From assembly GCF_022539665.2 (NCBI RefSeq), contig NC_081331.1:3534001-3598000 (forward strand): a stretch of 64,000 nt of DNA, given 5' to 3'. Positions 39,798 to 52,978 of this stretch are shown here, piece by piece (position 1 is the first letter of the stretch; every line of letters begins with the position of its first letter). The stretch comes from Daphnia carinata (Eukaryota). Position numbers and translations under genes: made by a program. Below the pieces are notes generated by a model. That model was not told the origin of the DNA and did not search any database. It was given only the letters and a program-made list of their open reading frames with translations.

Positions 39798-41072
39798 CTA
39801 TTGAAAAACAAAGTAATGGTATAATTAAAATGTCTGATTAAAAATAGAAGTTCATCAGTTGTCCCTTTACTGTTGTCGGTTCAAATTGTAAATGTTCTAT
39901 TACAGTAGGCTATATAAATCCGCTATCAATTCTATAGCGGCGTAGGATGTACTATAATGATTATGATTTTTGGGCAGACTATCCTGTTGGGGTTATCGTG
40001 GACGACGCATCGGCCGATTCATGAGAAGGACCCAAAGACGTGGGTTCTCGTTTACTTTGGTCAACATATCATATTTATAATTGCATTTTAAATCACCAAA
40101 TATTATGGCTGGGAGAAGAGTGTTTTTCTTTTAGTCGTCGTCCGCTGACGTTGCACGCCCTTTTTGGATGTTGGGTTGCGTATTAATACGTATTGGCGTC
40201 CCCAACCCTCTCTTCTCTTTCATCAAAGGGAACGAGAAGAATAGTCGTCAATTCAGCGGAAGCATTCCGCCCCAACCCCTTTTTTTTCTTCCTTTTCTAT
40301 TTTCTCTCTTTTTTGTGGAAGCACCGCGAATATGGAAGAGCAGCACAGTGACTTCGTTAACTTGCCAGTTAATCCGATTTCATGTGCGCTACACATGGCT
40401 ATCTCTATTGGCCCTTAGACGTTTATTAGTCGATGTTGATCTTCTCCGCTTCTCTGGGCGTATTTTGGGCGCTGTCCACTTGCCCTTTTTTTGCTGATGG
40501 ATTTCATTTTCTTCAAGGACGCGAAACAAGGGAAAATGCTGCTCGTTTTGGATGTTCCAGGTATTTCTGAAGGTTAGTTATAGTCCTTCACGTATACCTT
40601 TCGCTTCCGAATTAATTCGGTCTTGGACCAGCAATTTCTAGAAAGCCTGAAACACATGAATGCAATCTAACCCAGAGAAAATATAATGCTATCAAAGCAA
40701 GCCATCTGGTCCGTTTGCACAAGAAATTGCGTAAGTGTGGGTTCGGGATTTTTTGTGAAGCCAAAAACTTGTGGGTGTGGCCCACGTAACTCGTCATATT
40801 TTGACACGGTGCATATACGTCGTGCAAACAAGTAGAACAATAATGCACGGGACAATCCAAACAACAGCTGTTCAGGCACCCTATGTGTTGCCGTGGCAAC
40901 GAGTCGCGATATTGTCGAGCTGTCGGGTGCACACACGACCAGACAAAGAGGATGAAAACAAAACAGCAGGACTGACGACGACCAAAGGAAATTGAGTTGG
41001 CTGTGATATAATAATAATAAGGCTCCCAGAAACTAAAGGTTTCGTCTAATGTTAAGACGATCCTGGTATTAC

Positions 41073-41359
41073 CGTCCAGTTGTCCAGGTTCTTAATTCGG
41101 CAGTTCAACGAAGCGACGCGGCCAGCAAGGGCAGTGATGTTTTTCGAAGCTTCCGGCACAAATCGCGGTCCTTTTAGCGAAAAGGTCTTATCGTCCGAGT
41201 TTTTTGTTGAGTCGAATGCCGTCTCTAGATTCATGGACTGTGGTGGTGCTAGCGGAGACTCTGTTTTTGCAGCCATCACCGTCCCGTCAGCTATCGTAGT
41301 GATCGATGATGTAACGATGGACGTTCCATTCTTGGAGACATTAGCCACGTTACAACAAC
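41073..41359 (-). CDS. dpr: Dpr exon 2: S/T-rich spacer and start of Ig1 (GCCNVANVSKNGT...GPRFVPEASKNITALAGRVASLNCRIKNLDNWT)
   Basis: Acceptor tttttattctggcag|, donor ACG|gtaata, 287 nt, phase 1 to 0. Contains the Dpr-typical GPxF..xNxTALxGxxAxLxCR motif. Confidence 0.93.
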
Positions 41360-44300
41360 CTGCCAGAATAAAAAGGTGGGAAATGAAGAACATGATCTAT
41401 AATTAAAATTAACTAGACATCATCTTTTAGAGAGTTCGAAGCTCTTCAAAGATATTCCGGCAAATGGTGAGGCAATAATCTAAAACTGATGCTGTCAGCA
41501 GTTAAAAGATAACACGTTATCGATCTGTTTTTTTCCTTCAACACGATTGAACCCTGACGATAGACGGCAGTTTGCAATCGATAGCAAATTGGATTTCAAA
41601 CCCAAAATTGGCTCCAGAATTCACCGTAAAATTTAAAGAAAAAAAATTCAAATCAGGGTAGGATTCAATTAGAAAAAAGGACAATAATTGTTGATGTCAT
41701 AACTCAAGATGAGGACAGTGCAAAATGCTGTACAATCAAAAGCAGCGATGCAAACCAAGAAACTAAAGAGAAAAAGGCGGGCACAGAACAAGATGATGGG
41801 AAGAGATTTAAACGAAATTCAGTCAGAAAACAAAATAGTTGAAGCGTATGTTGGTCTTTTATATGGGCAGATCTTCTCTCTTTAGCAATCCGTCCCACGC
41901 TCAACCGCCCTTTTCTCGTTCTTCTTCCTGACAGCCACCCCATTCGATCTCATCCGTTCATCCACATCTTACAAATATCGCCCGTCTCATCCAGTCAGTA
42001 TATGCTGCCGGAAACGCGCCGGAGAAACCGGAAAAGACCTAGTTCCAACCGAATTCTTGACGAGGCGTATCGTGGACGATGCTTTTTGGCATTGAGCGCA
42101 CTAGCGGCATGAATATTAGAAAGCGGGACCAACGGTTTTAAAACCGCATGTGCGTATTCCCTATCCTACGCTAAACACGGGCTCGTGAATAAAGAAGTGG
42201 TCGTTAAGAATTGATAGGAAAATGGTCTGAAACTTTGGTTTTGCAAGCAAAGTCTATGCCAGCCGTTGATTAAACATTGACCCATCCGTCTTGTATGAGC
42301 GCAAGAAGAAAAAATGGGATCCGCATGTTTCATTTCCGTCTAGTGGGTACAAGTCAGGCGTGAGAGCCCACACAACCCCACAAAAAAATAAAGAAATAAA
42401 TACGTGAAGCCGTGATGGGTATTCCTTATATTCTATTACATTGAAAAGGAAATTTTGTGCTCTTATGTAAACTTCAGATAACCGCTTTGTCGAATTTTGC
42501 ATGGGTACGCTTCACTACTACGTTTGAAACATACCATCAAGACTAAACAAACAATAAATAAACATAAATACTAAACCCGCAAACAATCAATGCACTCGTC
42601 AATAATTAGTTGAGCTACCAAACAATAAGAGGAAGCGCGTTCAAACCGCATTTATGAATTATTTGATTAAACGTGAATAAGTGTGCGCTTTGATTAAAGT
42701 TTGCTGGTTTTCACACAACTTTCAAGGTCCAATGTCTGCGACGCGACATTGATTTTCCATCATGACGCTAATGGAGAACTAGTTGGCAAATATGAGCTGT
42801 CTTTCGGCTACTGTTGGTTGTAGCTCGGTATTATTAACAAATTAAAAGCCTAATTTGCATACCGAGGAAAAACTCATTTCAGTTCTTCCTATCTTCAAAA
42901 GAGGTTGACCGACATTTTCGATGACGGGTGTGTCCGAGTAAAGACGACCTCGAGGCCAAACGGGAATACATTAACGAGAGTGTACACACACACACACACA
43001 CTGTATATTGCAGAAATCTCATTGTTGATAGCGAAGTGCTTGCACGCAAACCGGTCGGAAGCAAAGGCTCTCCAAATCCGTACACACAAACACCGTTAGT
43101 GATCAAAGCACTTTAGCCTTTTAGCAAAAGCTGTGAATATGTTTCTCGATTCAATCTTTTTCTTTTTTTTTTCTACTTTTATTTGAATTTTACTTCGCTT
43201 TCATCTTTTCAAATGTGTTTTCTTGTGCGGAGCACTTCTATAGACCCATCAACTCATGGCGTGTGGCATACTACTCTTCAAAGCCGACGTGAAACAAGTG
43301 ATGGCTCGCAAAGTGCATTTAGCGAGACCTCCAGAAAGTTTTCGCCTTGTGGCTTTTTGTATGGGACTTTTATACAAGTCGTAAAACGACCGAAAATGGC
43401 ACGGTAAAAGCACGTTACACCCAACCACTTTTGTTGACCGTCCATGCACTCATAGTTACGCCAAGTCCTTAACAAACGAAAACGAATCGCTGGACAGGAT
43501 CTGACGTTTGGTATTTTGTAATTCCCCATTTATGCCCCTCTCTGATTATGACGTTCGAATGAAAAACGGTGGTAGTTTAGTGTTTGAGGGCATCACTGCT
43601 CATTTATTGGCTAGCTGGTAGCGAACTACGTGACGATGATGACGACCGGAATAAGTCACTTTTTTCGTACATTATCCCACATCTTTTCATAGACACTTAA
43701 AGGTCAATCTTGACAGGGAAAGGCCAGTCTATTAGGCGATGTATGTGAGACCCCTCACAGCCAATCTAAGAAATATAGCTTGATATAATTGATGGAGCCG
43801 AAGTGTTAGCACAGCTGCGACGGGATGACGTGCACCTCTATCGCATCTGCTACCAAGTCACTTCTTTCTTTATTGTTGTAAGCTATAGCCGACAGCATAG
43901 CAACACACAAATCTTTTTCTTTCTTTTTTCCCACAGCTTTTCATTTATTTAATTATTATTTTTAACATATAAAAGACCAATTTCCCCTTTCTCAAAGAAA
44001 TATATATTACAATACGTATGGGCCGAACGTAACGATTGCCTAAAGCGACTTCTTTCTCAACAGCTTATGAGAACGGGTAAGAGACTTTATTGACTGCAAA
44101 ACTAACAGCAGCCTCTCTTCTTTTTCATTAGCCGCTGTTTGATTTGTTGGATTCAGGAAATGAATTGTCGGCTATCGATTGGAATGTAGGCACATTGGCA
44201 CGCGAATGAACAACAAAAAAAGAATACACACCAAAATGCATGCAGAATCTCATAACCATCCTTTTCTTCGTTTCCTTCATCTTGCCTAGGCTTATTTACC

Positions 44301-47300
44301 TTCTCGCTTTATCCCTTTTGCACGCAGTTTGTTGAAAAATGCGTTGTGATTTACTTACGCCAAGATCATCGTTTCATGGTTCGTGCAAGGGTAACGCCTT
44401 GATTTTTCGTGAAGCGCGCTTTATTTAATCATAAGGTTGAAAACGAAGAGGAAATTGCGTTTTTGCGTGATGTATATTTTGCGATTGTTTCATGATTTCA
44501 AATATTGTTTTTTTGCCACCTCTTGCGTTGTTTGAACGAAAGAACCGTGACGCTATTTAATATGTTACATTCGTGAGTTGTCGGCAGTATTCAGTGCACG
44601 TTTGCCCTACGTTTTGTATACTTATCGCGAGCATTACATAATCACTGGAGCGCCTTGAGTTTGATAGCATCTCGACGAATTTTCCAGAACGTTGGGTCCG
44701 CATCCTTATGTTGAGTGCCCGTCCCTTTATCCGACTTCGTGTTTATTAAAACTACGGGTCTCTCTTTGCCTCGCTAATGACAACCTATTTACAATTGAAG
44801 CCTATGTATTAACGACCCCAAAAGCTATTAGAAGGTCTGCTGGGCGTTACTTCCTTTCCGTCAAAGTTCTCTCGGATAAGAAAGGCACCCAAAGAGGTCA
44901 ACACCATCAGTCGTGGACAGTCGAGGAATGAGAGGCGAAGGTTGATGAGGAATTAATTCGAGCAACACGGATTCGCGTTTTGGGATACGTTGCAAATCAC
45001 CAATGTCGTACAACACTGTAATATGCGTGTCGAATGTAAGAAAAAAAAACCTGAATGATGGAGTGGATCCTCATCTTGTCTTAGGTCCTAAAGAAACATG
45101 TGCTGCACCAGCAACCTCACTCAAAGTGATGGATGGCTGACGCAGCGTATCATTTCTTTTTGCCTTGCTCTTTGTTCTAGGCTCTTTTTCACTCTCTTTT
45201 GTGAATACACCCAGCAGACACGGCCTTTAATATGTGCTCCGTTGCACCCGCCATTTCCACGTATATATCCCGATGTGTGTGCGGGAGTTTATCTATATAA
45301 TTCACGGCCTAATCTCTTTTAACGGTTATATGTATGTGTGTGTATGAAAAACGCACTATATCCTCATTAATATGGTAGGGGACATCTTGTTCCCTATTAT
45401 TTTCTTTTTCCAGGGAACAGACTACACATTGTAACTTTGGAAAACTAAGAAATTTATGGTAGACGATGGATGGTCTTGCAGCAAAACTGTTAAAGCCCTT
45501 CGAGCGTAGCAGGTTGCTACAGAGCATCTATAGTATTTGGACCATCATTACTGTAAATTAGTGAGTGCTGTCACCGTGCAACGGCTATATAAACGTTGTC
45601 AACAGAGGCTAAGTAGAAAAGAGGTGGACAGTCGACTATCTTCATCCCGGAAGCTTTACACTGTCAGACTTGATTCAGCACGACTGTGTTTTCCACGCTG
45701 TGTCACTTTGGCGAGTATTTGGTTACTTTTGGGCGGTATATTAAACGAAAAGCTGAAGACTAAGTCGTAGGTTCTTCCTCTCTATTCATCATTTACCCGA
45801 TCGATGAACAGTAACGTCGACATTGATGTGAATTGCAATGCTGATGAAACGCGAAAAGCTGACAGCAGTTTCCCCTTTGTAGACGTATGGACAGTAGACA
45901 GCCTTGTCAATCACTTTTGGGCACTTTTGAAAGAGAATGCCCGTCAACGGAAATTAACCCCTTCTGATGCTATACCCTAGGTAAATAAAAGGTCTTTTTG
46001 CAAGTCAACCATAGATCCCACACGTATAAGCAAAGATGTGTTGATCTATTTGACATTGATGGGCGCAGCAGCTGTTAGATGCGCATTGCAACGGCTACTC
46101 TTGTTGCCATTCCCTGAAAGCGGGAATAGTGCAAAACTATTAGCTCAGCTGGAAACAAGCAAGTCGCCAAGATTTTGTGTCGCCTCTTGGGTAAAGTAGT
46201 TTGCAAGCTATCGGCGCGTCGGTGCACATATTCTACTTGGACATACGTCGTTTATACCCTATGGGGATTGATGTACTAAAACATTGGCCAAACAAATACG
46301 AAATGCAGTCGAATCAATGTTCGTCGTCATGTCGCAAAACCTGAATCTGTTGTGATTTAATTGGAAAGCTCCTCACATATTTGATGATATGTTCCCCCGA
46401 AACCCTTTATCCAAGAGAATATAAATTATTTGTACGTTGACATAATACAAAAGTAAAATCCACTATCCACTGTATATGCACTATGTTCTCGGAATGCATT
46501 TTTGTTTCTTTCCAGTTGCCAATTGTGAATTTTTCAACTGTGTCAAAAGTCAGGTCGTAGGGAACACAGGCAGTCATCCGAATCAAGAAAAAGAAGATCT
46601 ATGTGCACTCGAGAGGGAGAGAGCGTACTTTATTTATTAACTTTTTGAACTCTAAAATTTTTATTGAATCTTTTTATGATAGCGTGTTGTCGGATGTTGT
46701 TGTCAGAAGTATCAGAAAGTCCTTAGCACGATGGCTATTTCAATCTCTGTCGTTTCTTTTTTTTTTTCACTGGACAGGTCCGTTACCGAGAAAATCAAAC
46801 GGAAAAGGAAATAGCGATAAGACGGAGCCTCTTTGGTAAATGTTTAGTTTAACTGCAGCCACCATTACTTGACACGTGCATCAGTCGGATGCGCAATAGA
46901 TAGAGGGAAACTCCAAGATCCCGACGTACGACAGCACCAGGTGAGAAATTGACACGAGATAAGATTCTCTTAGATCGCTTTTGAAGTGAAGCAAAGACAT
47001 GAATCGATCAATGCAACCTCCCGCTTTGCTCGGAATCCTTGTGTATGTTATTCAGACGAATCCTTCCCACGCACGCATTACGTATTGGATTCCAAGAAGG
47101 TGTATAAACACGTTAGCGATACACCATGTAGTAATGCCGGCGTCATTATTTTTGAAGCTAAAAATGATTGACGTAAAAAATATGTATCTAAACTAGGTAA
47201 ATCTAGTACCGAACGTTGGATAGGAATCCATTGCTCGTTTTACTGTGTGGCGTCTCATTTTCTATTCAACAAGAATCCGCGTTTCGTAGAATCGAAAATA

Positions 47301-49019
47301 CTGAGACGGGATTTTAGGCGATTGGAATAGGCTGTTCCCGTATGGAAAACAAGTTGATCTTCAATCCAGGACACGTAGCACTTATATATATATGCGTAAA
47401 TATGAAGAAGCGAGCCTCTGGTTCGAGTCCGTCGCTCCTGAGGGGTTATGAACTATTCTGGTTATAGTTGGTGGCCAGTCAGCTATACGAGACTTGTGCG
47501 TGACGGCTTTTTTATTACTGTTACATGTTCGTCATTAAAGATATGGCAGTCCTATATTGTTTTCCTAATAAGACCCAAAGAATACTTGAGATCCGATTGG
47601 TTTCTCCCAAAGTCTATCCTATAAGAAATCACGAAAATGCACTTAGTTCATCTCGTTTGCTCTATTGACACATCACTTGTGTTATGATTGGCAAATAGAA
47701 AATCTTTCATATACAAGTAATGTAGCTTATATGGAGCAATAAAAGCCTTCACTTTCGTTCCCCCCATGGCGCCCCACCCAATTGTACTTTCAAGTGGCTT
47801 TGTTCATCAGTTTCTCATCTGGCTCGTCTCTGTCACATTCACTTGTTTTTTTTTTCTTTCTAGTGTTTATTTGCTTGTTTTCCTGATGTTGTTGCCGTCG
47901 TTATTCTCCTCTTTCTTCTTTCTCATTCTATATGGATTTTTTCTTATTTCATCAGCTCCATCAATGCCAAGAATTCGCGGAGCCCATCACAGCAGATTTC
48001 CCTTTCATCCGTTAGACTGTCGTGTCTAGTTTTCCTTAAGGATCGTCAAGGGGAGAACCAAATGGCAAGACGAATAAGTATCCGTTGATGGGCTCCATCT
48101 GCGTGATGATACAACAGCATTTGCTAGCCGTTGCCTCCTGTACCATCGCCATAACACTAGTTCGTAGAATACTAAAAAATACCACCACCAAAACCACTTT
48201 GGCTTCTGTCATTCTGAATCCTTTTTTTGGTTGTTTTCGTCTTCGTTCCATTTTCACCCTCTGTGGTTGATTTATTACTTTTAAATAGCATTAACTGATG
48301 GCAGAAAAAGCTTGGCCTTGGTTAGATTTCGGATAGGATATAGAGATCATTAACGTTTCGTGTTGGGATCTTGTTTGCTGTGGCTATAATGTTGTGAAGT
48401 TGAGCTCTAAAATCCCACGAAATTCGTCTTTTCTGTTCAACACTTGGCGTTAGATATCAACCTATTAGATCGCCAATGTAAGGATTCATTCGCACTTAAT
48501 CGCTGCCGTTTTGTATTCCATTCTACTGACTAGATGTCTTAGAATAACATATATATCTTCATTTCATCAAGAAAGAAATAATGAAATGCCACTCATTTCT
48601 ATGCCCCTCCAAAAGGAGCTATTAGTTCCGAAATTGCGAATAAGGAAGGAAGGATGTTTAGTAGTACGGAAAGAAAAAAAAAATGCTTGGGAGAGCATCG
48701 TGGTACCATATTGTATACATCGTACGAAAAAGACAGAGACAAAATAAAAAAGAGAAACAAAGAATGAAAAAAACGACCAAATGAAACAAGAATACGTCAA
48801 CAAAGAAAGTATGCGTTTAGTTCAGGAAACAGGATGGGTGGAGGAAAAAAGCAAGCTCACTTAGCACCAATGCCAAACGATCCCCTGTTTTTGTTTTTTT
48901 ACGATTCGTTCCCGTTCTTAAACTTACGCGGCTGGCAGAGTAATTTAAAACAAAGAACAATAAAAGGCAACAGTAGCAAGAAACTAAATAGATAAGAATA
49001 GCGAGACCGACAACAGAAT

Positions 49020-50190
49020 CACTTGATTAAACCAGCCGTTTTTTAAGTAAAAGAAAACAAAGTGCTGTTAGCGCACCATCTTCGATTTGTTTTTTTGTTT
49101 GTTTTTTTTGCATTTTATTCGAAAACTATAAGGCGAGTAAGAAAATGAACTTGATGTCCGTGATTTTCGTTCGTTTCTGAATCGATATCGTGTATTTGAT
49201 GTGAACGAAAAGTGGGAAGGCCTTCCCACTTTTGACAAAATCTGCAAATTACGACATCTCTTCAAATTCGACAAAAACCACAAGTAATAATAAAAATTGA
49301 GCGCCGGTTTCGATTTAGTTATTGGTTTTCTCGTTTAACCAACCGTTTATTTTATATTTAAAAAAAAGTATTATTAGCGCATCAGCTTTGATTCTTTGTT
49401 TTTTACATTTAATTAAAAATCTATAAGCCCAATGAGAAAATGAACTTGATTTACATGATTTTCATTTAATTGGGAATCGAAACCATGTGTTTTATAGCTA
49501 TATCTGGATATATTAAAAAAAAAAAAATACCTCTGCTCAAAATTAAGCCCGACAAAATAAGCCCAACAGAATAAGCTCGATTTTTTAATTTTTTTAAACT
49601 CCTAAGATACAGCAATACAAATACAACAATAAATTTTCGATTCGAAATTGAACGAGTATCACAAATAGGATATTTGTTTTGGCATAGGGCTTATAGTTTT
49701 TGAATAACTTGTAATAAACAACAAACCCAAATATGTGCGCTACCTGCTGGCGCACCAGCAGCGCGTTGTTTCCATATATTTCAAAAACGGCTAGCTTAAC
49801 TAGAAAATAATTAATTTAAATGAACTCAGCGTTTTTTTTTTTAGGTAATGTTAAGATCCAAAGTTAGTATCTAAATTACAAGACAGAATTTCTGCCGTAC
49901 TCAAAATTAAGCCCGACAAAATAAGCCCGACTTTTTCGCCCATAAAATTTTTTTTTTGAGACACCTACATATAACTATAAAAATACATGGGTTAGACTCT
50001 AAATTGAGCAAATATCACAAATATGACATTCGTTTTAACATAGGGATAATAGTTGTTTAATAAATCTTAATGAACAAGAAACCCAAATATGGGCGCTACC
50101 AGCAATTGCTGGCTTCCATTTAATTATTGTATTTCTCGTTAAACCAACCATTTTTTTCATAAAATAAAAGCAAAGTGCTTTTAGAACGCC
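49020..50190. mobile_element. Cluster of diverged AT-rich repeat modules, likely non-autonomous transposon remnants, in dpr intron 1
   Basis: Identical 29-mer ctcaaaattaagcccgacaaaataagccc at 49536 and 49900, with similarity continuing about 200 nt. Identical 16-mer agaaaatgaacttgat at 49140 and 49435. The reverse complement of 49374-49497 aligns with about 49975-50098. Confidence 0.6.
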
Positions 50191-52917
50191 AACATGGAAT
50201 TTTTAAAGCGGCTCCATTTCAGTCTATATAGTATCCTAGATATTATATAGCATTCCCTGTAGAGAATATAGGCTTACATGATTTTGACTGGGCCCTTTAG
50301 CAACATCGATTATAAATGGTGAAGCAAAATTTTGTTTCAGGGAAAATCTCTTGGTGGGCGGGAATCGCATTACGCGACTGAGGAAAAGCGGAAGCGAAAA
50401 GTGTTTCAATTTGAATCGACAAGAAAGACGAAAAATCGAAGATGGAATTAGAAAAATAAAAATAAGCGTCAAGGCAACGATAATATGGAAGCAAAGTGAA
50501 ACACCACGGGCTGTTTATTTACATAAAGCGATACCTTGTTTGTTTTTTTTCTTTAAAGAGGGATCTGTATCTAAGCATTTCTTTTTCATCCTTTTCGATC
50601 GCGTCAGCGCAGTTGATTTCCCTTTTTTTTTTATCTCTAGAGTCCTACATAATCATGCGCTACCTTTGAATTTTTTCTCCTTTTTTTTCTTGCCTTTTTG
50701 TGAACTCGTTTCTTTTGTTTTTCGTTACCCTGGAAAGGCTTACGAGGCTTTCGGCTGATACACGGCGTGACGAACAATAATTGATTGCGACAGCAACGTG
50801 GTAAGGGACGCGTCCTGACACGTCGCGGATCTAGCCGCAGTAGTAAAAGGGAAAAGCAAAAAATACATAAATAAAAATAGGAGTAAAAACATAAAAGGAA
50901 AAGTCAGAGTGCGGCAAGGCAGAAAGAGCCGATCCGCCAAAGGTTTTGTTTCAGACTTCAAAGAGCGCATTATTGTGCGTCGCAACCGAAAAAAAACGAT
51001 GAGCATCAAATCAAGCAGACTTTAAAAGTATTCAAACGCGAAAAAAAAGGAGGAAAAACCAACAATTAAAAAAAATTTTATTAACCATAAATGCGCTAAA
51101 AACTTTGAAAAGGGAAAGCGTCGATGGCAGCGAGCAGTTTATTTATTTACATGTCGTCTAACTTTTCACATCATGCTGAGGACAGTGGGCGACGCCAACT
51201 GCTTCCTCACGTGCACATTAACTCGCTGCACAACGCCGTTCAGACAGTGATGCCGTAATCTGGTAAACTGACGAAACTCGGCGACTCTATGTTAATAGTT
51301 TGATTTTCTTATTTATTTGTTCATCCATTACTTCCGCAAATAGAACAGCCCCTATCGACCGGCCAGACTGTCTGTATAGACCATATCGATGTGTTTATAG
51401 GACGCCGGATATCGACCGCTGCTTCTTCTTAAATGCTGCCTTCCATTCGACCGAGTTATAAGCGACCCTATACACAATGATGAGTCTAACAATCGCGTTG
51501 GACGGTCTGCTGCAATAGAAAACAAGGGTAAAAAAAAAAAAAGAATCCGTGTGAGCACAATGTTTGGCGTGCCTTTTTCGAGATATTTTATCAATGTTAC
51601 AAACTCTACAAAATAACGTAAGGATGTAGGATACGTGGGGAGAGATGAAACGCTGATGCTAAAGAAAACAGCGGAGGCCTTTGAGAACAGGCCGTTTGCG
51701 AGATTTGATGTATGGTTGTTGCAATGATTCTTCCCCTATAATTCTATCCGTTCGCACCCAATAATATCAGATTTTTGTGAAATGAAATAAAATAGAGCTT
51801 TACTGTTCTATGCGTTATGTCAGCAGGGGCGTTAGCTTATGGGTTGCAACGAAATCTCATGGAATTCTATAGCTCCCCCTTCCGTCGTTTCGTTCGGTTA
51901 TTGTTCACACCACACCCTTTTCTCTCTCTCCTGCGACGCTTTTATCTCACACAAGTTCGATCGTTATCTTGTGCCAGCGGTTTGCCACCTCCTTTTTGGC
52001 CTCTGACTGCGAACTTCCTCCCGATTTTTTTATCAAAGCCAGAGATATGGTCTCTAACTCGACCGCGAAAGTTTGTGAAAACGCGCTAGAGATTCGCGGC
52101 CGCCACAGCCACACAAACATTTGGGGTGGGTAGAATATCAACTGGGATTTATTTGGCTCGTTTCCTCCTCCCTCCTTTTGTGGGTCGTTCTTTCCCTCTT
52201 CGCCTTTTGCTTGCCACGTACCTTCCTGCCTAAGAAGAATATAAAAAACACAAGTGACGTCAAAGACGCTACATACCCCATAATTCATGCATGTCATTTG
52301 CATAGCTGCTTCCCTATCTATGATTTTTCTAGTTTGTTTGTTTAGCTCTAAATCTGCGCGATGATGCAGCATCAAAGATACACATCTTTTGAATTTTTTT
52401 TATTGTACTTCTAGGAAAAATCATGAAACAAAATGATTGCAAAATCGATTTGCTTACGTACGACTTTCAAATATCGGTTTGCAAGGCAAGTGGATTACTC
52501 CTACACCTGCTCTTCTCATGAATAGTTGATGATGGTTCGGCAAAAAAGAAGAACAAAAGAAAAATTGTTGTCACAAACATGACATTCATCAACACAAGCC
52601 TTTATAAAATTCGTTCTCAAAATTATTAAAATTGAAAGTAACCCTTTTTTTTCATCCAGCCTTTTGCAGCATAACGTTTTCCCTACGGATGGCTGGTGGA
52701 TTGCGTTGTGGAGAAACTAACCGACTACTTCTTGTGCGAACATTGTGTCAACGTACTGCTTTGAGCGTCGTGTTTTGTATGACGGTCCGGTATTACGGCG
52801 ATGTAGTTGAATGTAGATGAGAACGTCAAGTTTGGAATGAGAGGTGTTGCTCTAAACCTCTATTCTTATGTGTAGTTTAAATCAACGTTGTGAATAACAC
52901 AAACAGATCTATTGAGA

Positions 52918-52920
<3 letters not shown>

Positions 52921-52975
<55 letters not shown>
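52921..52975 (+). repeat. (GA)n microsatellite, about 27 units
   Basis: Direct read of a perfect GA run. Confidence 0.97.

Positions 52976-52978
<3 letters not shown>

Noticed and set aside
40997..41010. tatcacagcc on the minus strand, resembling the miR-2/13 family 5' end
   Set aside because: Only the first 10 nt match, the 3' part differs, and no hairpin is evident.
42133..42146. 14-bp palindrome cggttttaaaaccg
   Set aside because: Low-complexity core; expected by chance in 64 kb.
47367..47441. tRNA/SINE-like B-box GGTTCGAGTCC (47420-47430)
   Set aside because: The T-stem does not pair, there is no A-box and no cloverleaf; the upstream part is an AT run.
48527..48548. tgactagat, the miR-279-like 5' end
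   Set aside because: The remainder does not match miR-279 and no precursor stem is seen.
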